Assembly: GCA_965203295.1 (NCBI GenBank)
Contig: CBDBCZ010000015.1
Coordinates: 288,001-352,000, forward strand
Direction: 5' to 3'
DNA length: 64,000 bases
Origin: Nitrospirales bacterium
GTDB lineage: Bacteria > Nitrospirota > Nitrospiria > Nitrospirales > UBA8639
Below the pieces are notes generated by a model that ran no database searches, was not told the DNA's origin, and saw only the letters and a list, made by a program, of their open reading frames with translations. Made by a program: the position numbers and the translations under genes. Shown here one piece after another: positions 24,494-37,504 of this stretch (the first letter of the stretch is position 1; each line of letters opens with the position of its first letter).

Positions 24494-25175
24494 GTGAACA
24501 CTGATGGATACATACATTTTGCTACAGAAGAGATCTTCATTGCACCATTCTTAGTGCATGAATGTGGATGCAAGGGGAACTGGAACCGTGTTCTACAGAC
24601 AGACCAATTATGTTCCCCTCACGACTAGATTTGCACAGTACTTTAAGAGCATTAGTGACTTTTCTCCTGCTTCCCTCTTTATTGCTACCTGGGATGGTGT
24701 CGGCTCCTACAATAGCAACACACACTCAGTATGTCAGCAGCTAAACAAGAATTGTGAATCATTTATGTAGCTAGTATGGACTAAACAAACGAAGGTACAA
24801 ACAACTTGTCTTAAATTGATAGAGTGGACACAATGAAAATAGTGGTATAAAAGCCTAGCTTACATTTGGTGCTCCTCCCTCATTGTAGACAAACACATTT
24901 CAGTGTGTGCTGGCAACAGACGGTGTGATCTCAGTTGTTGTGTTCTTGTATGCTGACATGCAGTGGGCAATGGCTGATTCACAAAGTCGTGGCTCAGGGT
25001 CTGGAGGGAGTGGACTCAGCGATGTGAATGATTTTGCTGCAGTTGGATTTAGTAATGGGATAGAGTTTGACTGGCTCTTATACGGAGGAAATTTTACACA
25101 TTAATTCGACAAGCAACATTGCAGTGCCAGGGATGTGGACATTTCGAGTGGATGGCATCAATATTGAAATTGGAG
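24494..25175 (+). pseudogene. NIDO-domain exons (24494-24728, 24889-25175), both frameshifted in unit A
   Basis: IAPF..VDARGTGTVFYRQT, LFIATWDGVG, NTFQCVLATDG and SNIAVPGMWTFRVDG. A 4-bp insertion and an 8-bp deletion relative to unit B. Confidence 0.88.
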
Positions 25176-25726
25176 GTACATGTATGATATTGCTTCCTTG
25201 CCAAAAATTGCTTGGTCAGAAGTGTTCGTATAATGTCTGTATATTGTGTTGATATTACGTACAGGATGTTATTAGTAAGTGTGCATGGACAACTGAAGAA
25301 GAAAGCAAGGCTGATATATACGTATAACAGTATGTGAAAGTAAAGCAGTTAAGAACACAAGTGGAGTGAACTAGCATTGTAAATAAGTTAGTTTCCTGTC
25401 TTAGGCAAGCTTATCAACCCACTAGTCTTTCTATTTCCATGCAGCATGGATTGGAATGAGAATGTAACCACCGGTTGAAATACTTCATTTCCTTGAGTAT
25501 ATTCTGTGCAGTGATTGTAAAATTGGCTTCTAACACACCTGATTAAGAGAGATTGTCTTACTTTATTTTGTTCTGTTTGCCTTAAATTGTCCTTTTACTC
25601 ATGATCAGGAAACCTGCACTTGTATTAGTTGATTAGTATGTTAGTACCTACGATTGTGGTACGTATGTCCATGTTCTTTCATGAATTGCTGTGGCAAAAG
25701 ATGTTCTCTGCATTAAAGTATACGTA

Positions 25727-26064
25727 ATAGTTGTACCATGGGTTTCTAGGGTGTATGGGATTTGTACTCTGAGGGCAGTTATATGTATTCCCGAGGGCGC
25801 AGCCCGAGGGAATACATATAACTGCACGAAGAGTACAAACCCATACACCCTAGAAACCCATGGTACAGCTGACTTGTACCATAATACAATTACAAACTAC
25901 AATTACAAACGCTGTTAGTTATGACAAGCGCTAATGGAGAAGCATTAGTTGCCTGGCAACCATATACCCTAGGGTATATTGACAGTTCAAACGAGCCGCT
26001 AGGGTGTATGGCTGATATACCCTGGGCGGTGCCTTTCATGTAGAGGTGCATTATGGTAAAAGTA
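25727..26064 (+). mobile_element. 338-bp double-hairpin element without TIRs, unit A only
   Basis: ~63-bp arms around GAGGGCGCAGCCCGA and a second pair CTTGTACCATAAT / ATTATGGTAAAAG. Empty site TATACGTACATATC near 54690-54703. GTA at both ends. Confidence 0.85.
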
Positions 26065-26226
26065 CATATCATATGTACGTATATTCAAGCTTTTATATAT
26101 GTAGTGGTAGTGAAATAATTACTACGTATGTATCCCAAGTAACAAGGGACCATACTGTGGTACATTCACTCTGCACAAGAGTACATGTTAAGCTTCTCCT
26201 ATAACTGCTACTTTATCTGCTTGCAG

Positions 26227-26349
26227 ATGTTGATGAATGTGCAGACAGTAATGGAGGGTGTACTCAGTTTTGCAGCAATTCTGTTGGTAGCTTCCTCTGC
26301 TCCGGCCTGCCTGGCTATCTTCTGGACACTGATGGACTCACTTGCAATG
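26227..26349 (+). pseudogene. Calcium-binding EGF exon
   Basis: DVDECADSNGGCTQFCSNSVGSFLCSGLPGYLLDTDGLTCN, phase 1-1, one Cys replaced by Gly. Copy at 54860-54982. A more decayed EGF exon lies near 26567-26690. Confidence 0.88.
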
Positions 26350-29300
26350 GTATGTCCACAGGCTGCCATGTACATTCGTACATTAAATCTTTCAGAAACA
26401 TGATCATATGTACATATCTAAAAACTAGCTTCCTATTTTTAACTCTTACATTAGCTATCTGTTGTTTCTGTCTATATAGATTGTGTCAAATGATTACACC
26501 ATTACCTGTGTGATATACTACTGGGGTTTTGAAAACAAGATAATTGAATACTTTACAGCAAATTGATATAGATAAGTGTATGAGTGCATTGGACAGCTGC
26601 AATGACCACACAGAATCTATATAGAGACGCTGATGGAAAAGATTGCTGTATCTGTTTTGGTGGTCATGAGGGAGATGGTTACAACTGTAAAACAAACCAA
26701 TATGGAAGCATTTAACAATCTGGCTTCAATACCCCTACATAAATGTCCAGGAAAGCTAATACCTCTACTTTGTTTGCATATTTTGTCTCCCAGATTGCAA
26801 GAAAACAAAATTAGTGTTCTGTGGGGATACTACATTATGTAGAGTTTACAATCGCTCGACAGTAGATATAAAAAAAATGGCTTGACTTACTTTAAGTCAT
26901 TCTTAATCATGTTTACTATGCTTCTTGAAAGTTTCAACTAGCTGGACTCAACTATGCACTCTCTTGTGATGTAACATGTAGCTTCATCAGGAGCTGTATT
27001 CATGGCTGTGAAGGAGTGGCACTAATTGCATAAGAATGTTTCCCATTATGATAATTATGCTGATTAGTGGGGTGGGCACATTTTCTCATGTATCTATCCA
27101 TATTTCAGAAGATTGCAGCAGCAGTCTTCAGTGCCTCTAATGAAGCTATATCAGTCTGTATTCTCTACTGCATTTCACTCCATACAGACATCAATGAATG
27201 TGTAAGAGGCACTGATAACTGTGACATAAATGCAATCTGCTCAGACACTGAAGGAAGCTTTAATTGTACTTGTATCACTGGATATGAGGGCAGTACTAGT
27301 GCTGCTTGAAAGTAACAATCTAATTGTTCTATCCTTACACACACAGAACAACACTAGACAGTAGACTACTACTTAGCTATCTTTGTTGAGTTGAATTGTT
27401 GAGAATGTAGAAACCCTCTTGAAATGTGGTACAGCAAAGACATCAAATTGCAAATCCATCTCAGTACACAAGCATATATATGCCCCAGAAATTCAGGGCT
27501 GCTAGGTCAAATTCTGTCACTTCTGTGCCAAAAAATGGTTCGATGGTCAACCTACAAAAACTTGATTTTTCCAAACCAATATATCCTGACACCAACAACT
27601 GATACATTGATACAAGCTCAACAAGAAACCATACATGAGCTGGTGCAAGAGTATAGGCAGCTTGGCTCATAAACAGACAAGGACATACTACATGTAGTTA
27701 CTAGCTATTTGTACTGTGACCATCACTTTCCTACAGGTCCCCGTGTTAATGCAGGCTTCACTACATGCTGTGACCCTGTGAATCAAAGAATGGCTGTTAC
27801 TGTGATCATAGATTTAGAGATTGCCGTTTTGAAATACAAGCTATCAATTGCTTTCCTGGTGAGTTGTACATAATGTGTCTGGACATGTGGTTGTTCAGAT
27901 TTTATGCAAGCACTTAATAATCAAAGCGTATGGTAGTATTCCATTTGTAAGGATACCACAGAGAATTTGGACGCTGCATGTAACGTGTAAAAAATGGTGT
28001 GTTGAAAAGTCTGCTCTATATTTCAGCCAAACTTGTCATTCTTGAGTGTTTTCATCTGTAACAAGAGTATTGTAATGTTGCTAGAGAGCATTCCTCAAGT
28101 ACCTGTTTGACATGCCCGAAGTGAATTTGCTCACTCATGGGATTGCTCAATTTATAAGGGTGGTACGGTGGCAAGACCCTAAATCGTATCTACCTCGGTC
28201 TATATACCAGCTGTTGGCAGGCCTACAGAGCTGTCTGTGAAAAGTGATGTACTGACATTTTTTGACCACAAGGATATATGATTTATTTCTATTCATGGCA
28301 CATGTGAGATGTTTTATTGTGAACTTCACGAAAGCTGATGTTCAGCACACTGCTGTAATAACATCGGAGAAGTTCTCATCTCAAGTCATCAGTAATTCCT
28401 TCCCTATGCCAAGTTTAGCATCCATAAGCACTTCACCTTCTCCTATTTTGATCTCATTTTGCAAGTATTGACTTCTTCTCCTAGCCACTATCAGTTCTTC
28501 CAGTGTAGTTTCATCTGCAGCTGACAGCAATCCCTCCCTCTTTGCATTATTCAGCCCATCACCACTTCTGGTTCACGAGTATGCATCAAAGGCTAATGTG
28601 CTGCTAAGTTCGGGTGTCCAAAATACATGACAGGTATTTGTGGTCCAAGTACAAACGTTTCCATATGCATGTGCTCTTGAAGTATTACGTGGTATATTAT
28701 AACTCATATGTGATATGTACAGTTTAAAAGCCAGTTGAGTGTGAACACTGATAATTGTAGCCATTGATCAATTCTGAAAACAATAAGAGAGAATTATTTT
28801 TACTTTGTGCAATGATACCAAGCCACAAAATAACATTCTTATATCCATTATTCAGGCTACGGCTTATATCCTCTATTTGTGAATATGGCTGGTGGGATTA
28901 CGATGTGACTAGCTACAATTACCAATGCTGATGAACATGGCAATCTTGGTGTGCTGAAAGGAGTGTTGAGTCTATATATAGTGCAAGTTACTTCTAAGGA
29001 TTCCAGTGTGGGGTCAGGTGCCTGTATATGATATTGTTGTGCCATGGAGTGTGTGTGGTTGGCAAGATATTGATGTAGGGATGATCGATGGTAGCTAATT
29101 TGTGAACGTTCTGTGGTGTCATTTCTACCTTGTTTGGTTACTTTATTAAGGATTTATCCCTACATGCTCTTTCAAAACTTATTCCTGCTATTTTTTGGAG
29201 GAAATGCCCATTGTGTATTACGGTTGTGTGGGCTAATGAATTGTTGTAAAGTGGAGCATATGTGCGGTGCAGTACAGCGAGTGTCTGGGTTTGTTGGGAC

Positions 29301-31941
29301 GAACCTCCAGTAGAGTAAGTGAGAGGGTGTCCGGACAGTAGGGTTTGTCCAGAAGTGTGATAAATTTCATTCCTACGGTTTTCTGCCTGCGCTTGTATGC
29401 ATAGCAAGTAGACAACAGTAGTTTGTGATACATAACAAAGGCAGACAGAAAAGGCCCAGAGAATATGAGGTAACCCCACCATCTGGACACCCCCTCATTT
29501 ACATTTACCCTACTTCTAATCCCATTAGAACCTACGTACTTACAGATGAGTGACTGGGTGAGTCTTTCTTGTATGCTGACACCAGTTGAAATCTGGCTAC
29601 ACAAGAATATGCGTATCGTTATTTTTTTCAACAGCATGCACCTCTGGCCAGAAGTCGTTTGGACTAGTACTTGTGCCAACCAAATATAATCAGCCACATG
29701 AGTAAGTGTATTCCAGCTAAACTTCATGTAGCAGCTAGAGCCCTAGTGGGCACAATCCAAGTGTATTATTTGCCCTTGACCGTTACTTAATTGTCCTCGT
29801 GCACTAAATAAATCCCGTAATCACTGCAAACTGGTATCTTAGTTTCTACACTTTGCCGTACTTCACAATACAGTAGTGAAGTGTGGGCTTGTAAGAAATG
29901 GCAGACAACTTCCCTCCTTAAAATCTATTCAGCTAGGAGCAGCTAAAAAATAAGTAATGATCTCAATGAAGAGTTAGAGAGACAGAGGGGTATAAATGAT
30001 GATAGGCAGTGTGAGTCATGTGGAATGAATGTGGGAATGTAGTACACGTGCTTTGGGAATGTCCTTTGTATGATAGCTTACCATTGCGGGGACGGGGTGA
30101 GATTGAAGTTTAGTGCACTTAATTATTTAACAGAACAGGCTTTATTTCAGGGTGTTAGAATTGTGATAGGTATACTTTAGTAACAGTTTTATAAATAATC
30201 TGGGAAGAATAATTATACGGTGATCAGGATGGTGCAACATGTATATAGTTGCTGTCCTCTGTCTTCAGATCCTATAAGCCGAGCCTGCATATGTAGGTGT
30301 GTGGTCAATGGCGTAAGCTCTATGACAGCAGTACGAGTTTATTATTGTGACGTATTTATCAGTACACAACAGCTGCCTTAGTTCTATGAAGTGTGTGATG
30401 AGAAATTTAGCTTATAATTCCCTAATGGATGTAGAGCCAGACTTCATACCTCAGTATCTGATAGCCTAAGGTTCATTCATGCAATTATTACGTTACTACA
30501 AGCAAATTCAACACCAAAGAAATCTTGCCTAAAGATGCCAGGTTTTTTGGAAATCTAGTTGCATGTCAATACTTTAATCTTTTATAGTTTGTCTGTCCAT
30601 CTGTCATGGATGGCGAGAATGCATATAGTAGTCCTTACCACCACCCAAGTACAAAGTACAGTGGGTGAGCAGAGCTGTAGATGTAAGTGTGATATACAAC
30701 AAATTCTGAATCATGACCTGGGCATGGCTATGTAGGGTGTATTCATGACTCAACTTTATAGCAACAAACTATGCAATGGATCAGGGGCCATAGGAGCAGA
30801 TGCTTCAGCCACCAGTCCAATGCTCAGTGCACCAACCAAAAAGAAATATTCAGATCGAGGTGCAAAATGAACGATATCACACACATGGTGTAAGCTGAAT
30901 ACAGTGAATAAAGCAGCCAGTCGTATTACCAACATGGCTGTGCCACACTTCCTGTTTCAACCAATCATAGTGTTTAGTTTTCCAAAGTGACAGTTTGGTT
31001 CGAAGGGTGATGCACGATCGCTACGTGCGATATGCACTTATGTGCATCCTTAGGTGACAATACATACATACACAGCCTGAGAAAGAAGCGTGTTTGCATC
31101 ATTGAAGTAATTATTGTGCTAAACTGGCTGAAGAGAAAAAATTTAACAGTTGAGTATAGGTCATACAGGAGTACATCTTGAGTATATAGTGTTCTGAAGA
31201 TATGATTTTATGTGTGTTATATGAAGTGGCCATTATTTCCCTGTGCCATCCCTACGTATGGAGTACTACCATACTCCATGATATACAGCCTACGTGCCTA
31301 ACTATATGTAAAAATACTTTCGACAAAATTCATGGAGCCATCGTTTCACTTCACAACCTTTGTCAGTGCCAGTGGTATTTTCGTTTGCGTTACTGCCATT
31401 TACTGTGCAATAATGTTGTGATGACAACCCAACAAATATTGTCATAATTCGATTTGATTGTGCCATTACTGACTCTTAGTGCTGCCATATTTCCTATTAT
31501 AACATACTTGATAATCAGTTCCAGGGGTGTGAAACAATTCATAAGCATGAAAAATCAATAGTAGTAACATTTCCATTCATTTTTGAAGCGCTCAGCAGAA
31601 GCTCAGAGGCTTAAATAGAGCCAATAAAAGCAAATGACAGGAATATCAGCCCCATACAGCTGCATACGTGTATGTATGTACTTTACTGGGCTGCGAGATT
31701 TAGAAAGGACGGTGTTAATTGGTCATCTTTATCTCTATCAACACATCTGTTACCGGTAATTTACTATATCCGGCCAAGAACCCCGTTTTAGGTACGTATT
31801 TTCCTTACTGAAATGAGCACAAACCATACCTCCTATTTCCTTCCTGTGGCACACGGGTGGGTGTAATGCAGCAATTCAGTTCCACCTGCTGCTGTAGAAC
31901 TTTATAATTTGATTTTAGATCGGGATCCCTCCTTTGCATAG

Positions 31942-32084
31942 GTGGAAAAAAGTGTCCATCATGTAACCAACATTTGGTTCATGACAAATGGAATCTCTCC
32001 CCGCGTCTGGCAGAAGATAGGTGGGCTCATCAGGAAGCCAGAAAGAGAGAAATTGCTGAAGTTGCTGACTTTTTAGGATTTTAA
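31942..32084 (+). CDS. Second copy of the intact terminal CxxC exon
   Basis: Same translation as 4968-5110. Confidence 0.7.
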
Positions 32085-34789
32085 TCCTTGATGTAACTAT
32101 GTATGGAGATCTCATTTCATACCGTAAAGCAAATTTTGATCTGCATATTTATTTTTGAGACTACAGTACTTGATATGTCATACACGTTTGTGAGTCTACT
32201 ACAACATCGGACTCAACATAGCAGCTGGAGGACAGGATCATGTATCTTGCTTCTGTTGTATAAAAAACGTCAGCCGTCACCTGTATACAAATCCAGTAAC
32301 TAGTCTCATGAAAATCAGACACATGCAGCACTGATTAGGAAGCCTTGCACCTCACAGTTGGAGGATACCCACCAGTTTTCACTTTTGAGTTTCCAAACAG
32401 CTATATCAGTTTTAAGTTGACAATTGTATCAGTGACTGTACTGTGCAATAATCCTATTATATGTGTCTGGATACTGTCATCAACTATGCAAAATTCACTG
32501 CATGAATAACAAAATAGCCTTGCACATGTGAATAACAGGCCAAGCAAGGGCAGAGGTGCAGCACAATGCTATTTGGGTACATCAGTTCGGCCCATCAATT
32601 CTGGCATTCATAAATTGCTTTATCGAGAAATATGCCTAGTTAATTAAATTTTCTATATTTAGTCACAGTTACAAGACTATAATCAGTATATGTAGCAGTA
32701 CTTAATTGCCTGGTTCTCAGGTTTTCCTTTTTCCAGTCTGGGTTAAACATGTAGGGAGAAAAGTGGAGGAAAGTGATATGAATAACTGTATGGTGATCTG
32801 TGAAGACTGAAACTGTAACATCTACCAGTCAGCACTGAATGAAAAGAAATTAATGAATAATGATGTGATTCAAACACAGCAGACAAATGACCATACAATA
32901 TTTAAACTTGGTATTAGAAAACTAGTATACTTAGAATCTGTTGTTATCTCAAGTTTGATTGCACAGTAAGTGTTCTGTTCCAGAGTTATGCACTAGTGAA
33001 TTCCGTCCACTTTCCACAGACACTGTAGTAGGGGTGCCAAACATTGCTCCCCCTAATACATTGTCTATGGCAATTGGACACAGTTCACTGCATGGTTTAT
33101 AATTATCCCCAGTATTTAACAAGCGGTTGTAATCAAACTTGAGATGACATCAAAGTACACTGTCCAGTGCATTCTAGTTGAAAATCAGGATAATCCGAAC
33201 AATTAGTGAACAGAAAGTGACATCGTGAAGAAAACAGCCAATGCTACTTATGTACATACGTACATCACTCCGCACAGCTTGGTCCCAGCATGCACACATT
33301 CTGATCATGGACCAGTGCATGCTGTATCTCTTCTTCTGGCCTTTCTCAGTGCATAAATAGGATGGATCACTCCCATCTTGTCCTACAGAAAAGAATGTGG
33401 ATATTCATGTGACAAGACAGAAACTATCCACTGACAGTACTGAACACGAGTGCTATGAGCAAGGCAGTCATACAGCTGTACATGAAAGGTGGTTTGTGCT
33501 GTTAGCCATTTGTGAGACGACGACATGCACTCACAATAATTTACATGAGTATCCATATAGTGCACCAAGGCCTGCTGGCTGTACGTATGTGGTAATGGGT
33601 GTGACGGGTATAATGTACATCCTCAACATTAATTTCCCATTCATCCAGTTTCTCTACTGTTTTGTGTGCTAAGTATAGGTTAGATCACAGCAACGAGGGC
33701 TCTAACTGACATAGACACCCGTGGGAAAATCAGAGCCTAAGGGCGCAGCCCGAGGTCAATTAACACAGTCAGAGGGTGAGGGATTTGCCCAAGGGTGGTC
33801 TACATCAGTTAGATCCTGAGTGCATGCTGTGATCTAACCGACTTAGGCCATGCACTGCTGTTACTGTAAATGAATTTTCATGTGGGTGCTAAAAGTGATA
33901 TTATGTACACAGGGATTTAACTGACATGAACACCCAGTATCTAACAAAGATTATTCATGAGTGGTCTTATGATTCTTTGGTGAAAATCAATAATGAGTGA
34001 ACAGAAGTGACATTAGTGCAATCATAACTCATGCAAGATTAGTCGAAATAAGGGGGGGGCCTCACTTCATAAACATTTATTCCTTCTGCCAAGTAACGAT
34101 GCCACACCACTTAGCTGCTGGCTGCAAAAAGATCAGGTGGCTCTACATACAAGCCATTCAGTCCCAATATGCATACAGCCAATATAGCTCAGAGGTACAG
34201 TGCATTATGTAGCAGCATCTCCACCTTGTCCTGCCACACATGTCATGTTAGTAGTACACACTAGATCCAAACGCATCTCTTACCACATGTGTATCCATGC
34301 AACAATGCTACGTATCCTAGAAAGAGCAAATATGACATGAATACAACATGGGTATTCCTAACAATGTTTCATACAAAGGGAGGGGGGCGCATTGGGATCT
34401 CCTTCCACCCCTTCTCTTCAGAATTATGATGTCATATTTACTGATGCTACTCTGATTTTTAATTCAAGTGTTGCATAGTTAGTTAGCTGCCAAAGCCACC
34501 AGAATTATATAAGATTGGGGGACAAGCCCCCAGACCCCCTAGAAGGGTGTGGTTTGCACATAGTTTGTTTCACAAGGTGTACACGTAAGTGAAGGTTAGC
34601 TTCTAATGAGTGATTATTGCATACATTGACATTCCCTAAGCATTAAGTCTCCATCCCACAGCAAAAAATCTTGTATGAAACTCTGCTTAAGAGTGACAGT
34701 ATGGCCAAGCTTAAAGATACACTGCCAAGTATAATGATAAAATTCAGCGCAAATAAAAAATGGTACAGCTAGTGCCCCAGAGCAGAAGA

Positions 34790-36640
34790 AAATACTCATG
34801 TTGTTGCCGTAGTACTTGCGCCATTGATCACATGTACCCACATACGCAGGCGGAACTTGCATGATCTCCAGTCAGAGGACAAGAGCAAGAGCAACCAGAC
34901 GTTTCACCGTCCTGATCACCATATAACTTATTCTTCCAAGTATCCCAGATTAATAATACAAAACTCTTAACTAGTTTTAATAAAGCCTTAAAATCATACC
35001 TGTCCCAATTTTCCACCCTATGATAAAGCCTGTTAATTCTCTTAATTATTGAGTGCACTATAATTTGAAAAACTGCCCCACAACTGTCTAATTCTCCCAT
35101 GAAAGTATTTCTTATGGCAGCATGCACAGGACACTCCCAGAGCACATGTACTACACTCTCAAATTCATCCGCACAACTTACACTGCCTGTCATTTTTACC
35201 CCCATGTCTTCCTTACACTTCATTCAGACCATTATATTATAATACCAGACCTAAACTTAAACAGCAACCGTGTTCCTGGATCCACTGAGAGTAATTCTTG
35301 AATTTTATTTCCTTACAAAAAGACTTGTACAGACTCAGTTTAACTTTACTATTTAAGCCATCTTTTATATTCGCTCTCAATATCTCAACTCTTTATCTAC
35401 TCTCTCTAGAAACAAATTTACATTGTTATTATTTCCTGTCTGTCTTGATTCACTGTAGCAACAATTCACTGATTAGTTTCCTCCAAGTCTTCTTCTACCT
35501 ACCTCTACACAGATTCACTTCCCACTCAGAGTCTAGTAGTAATCTCTCATCATCCAAATATTATTTTTGACTTTATACCACCACTTAAGTTTGCACCTTT
35601 CCCTCCTGCCTTTTAAAGACTCTAACTCTATATCCCCTCTTACTGCTTCATTGCAGGTTTTAGAAGAACAGCCAAGTTTCTTTTTAGCTGATTAGATTCC
35701 AAGGAAGCTGTCTGTCATTTATTGCAAGCCTACACTTCACTACCATTACTCTAAAGTAGGGTGAAGTACCGAAACTAACATGATAATTATCCTTCTTGCA
35801 ACTGTACTGAAAATCCTATCACTTAGAAACCTATAGTTTTTTAATTCCACTATTTATTACCTTCTGTACATGACCATCCCTTCAACCATTATTAGTAAAT
35901 TCAATGCCCAAGTAACAGTAACTTAAACCCTTGGAATGTCTGCATTTATTACAAAAGCCCTGTACTACATCTAATTAACATTTGTAAGTCCTCAGCATTT
36001 AGTAGTTAAACCTACAAAATCATTAGCAAACATTAGACCCCCAACCTTAACATCCTTCTCCTTCTTAATAGTAATGCCAATCCCAGCCTTCTCAACCTCT
36101 TCTAGAGAACTAGGCAAAATACTACAACCCTGTGCCACTCCCTGACCTATATTGAATGGTTTGGATTTTTACCAGCCGGAGCGCGCGTAGCGCGCGAACG
36201 GCTGGTACTAAGATTGCTTTACATTTTCCGCGTTTGTTTGTTTGTTTGTGCGTCCGCACTTATCACGTGCGCAATATATTACGTCATACGTTACTATGCA
36301 ACTGCAGTACAGCAGCGTTTGGAGGTTTGCAGGCCAAGCTACAGCAAATGAAGGTAGTTTTGTGTTGCCTAGATGGCGAAAACATGGTAGATAGTCGTGA
36401 AAATCCTGGTTTCTTGGCATATAGCTACTAACTGGAGGCGCATGACGAAACTGCTGAGTCAGCACTTTCGCTGTACCGCTCTAGGAATATAGTTTCTCTG
36501 GCTCTACAGCTGTAGTTTAGTAACTTGGCTTAAGCTGAGTTGTGTGTATTGTACGGGAAAGGCGTCCGGCTGGTTTTTAGACATGAAATGTCAGACTTGT
36601 TCTCCCTCCAGTAAAACAGCACTCATAAGAACCTTGCATA
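34790..36640 (-). mobile_element. LINE relic (unit B), interrupted by a Helentron-type insertion
   Basis: Homologous to 7820-9233. Confidence 0.85.
36169..36599 (+). mobile_element. Non-autonomous Helentron/Helitron2-type element (HINE/DINE-1-like), unit B only
   Basis: Inserted in a T run with no TSD (empty site GGATTTTTCTCCC at 9190-9202). Sub-terminal IR ACCAGCCGGA / TCCGGCTGGT, 5' hairpin, (GTTT)n tract, 3' hairpin GACAT-GAA-ATGTC, end CTTG. Confidence 0.85.
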
Positions 36641-37504
36641 CAAAAGGAAAGTTCTCTGAATACTGTAAAGTGAAGTTAATGTGAGTAGTTGAAATATTGG
36701 CGGAATTTCGAAAGTTGGTACTCAGAGAATTTTCCTTTCTTAAGAGAGTAGATTTCAAATAACGTTTACTTACACATTTTGCACTATTTCATACAGGGTA
36801 CGGAGTTAAGCTCTCAAGGTGGTATACATGTTCCCACAGCATGAAAGTCTCAGGCAAAACCACATAATTGTATTGTTGTGAAAAATACGTTCAATTTGGC
36901 TGAAAAGAGGAGAATTAGACCTCCTTTTTGTAGGTGAACACAGTAAACCTGATGTACCATGTCTGACTCAGCTTTGAAGAGCAGACTCCAAGTGGATCAA
37001 TGTTACTGGCAAAAAGATTTTCAGAAAATGTTTAGAAATGTTTTGTCTGCAACTTTTGAGAATTTTTGAAAATAATAACACCTACATGTACGTGGAACAG
37101 TTGGTTGTGAAACATTGAAATCACCCTATAAAATTATTGTTGAACTTTTGCCATAATGATATTCTATCACTCTAAATTCAAAAATGAGTTTTGAAGATGT
37201 TACAAATCACCTTTGAAACTCACTGACAAAACCGAAATACGATACATTTCATTAATTATGTGATGTTAACTATGTAGCCTGAACCTTTCACCACAGACTG
37301 TTCAATATAGGTGCTACTACACTTAAAATCTGATGTTTTGCCTGTAATTTTGATCCACTTGGAGTCTGCTCTTCAAAGGTGGGTCAAACATGGTGCATCT
37401 GGTTTACTGCATTCACCTACAAAAAGGAGGACTAACTCCCAACGCTTCTCTTATCAGCCAATTTACCAATTTCAACAACAGGGTTGTAAATTCCTGTGGT
37501 TTAC

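Larger units (their letters stand above)
2785..29759. repeat. Tandem segmental duplication unit A (~27 kb)
   Basis: Collinear and near-identical with 29760-58830. The boundary is set where the last copy stops matching, after GGGCACAATCCA. Confidence 0.93.
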
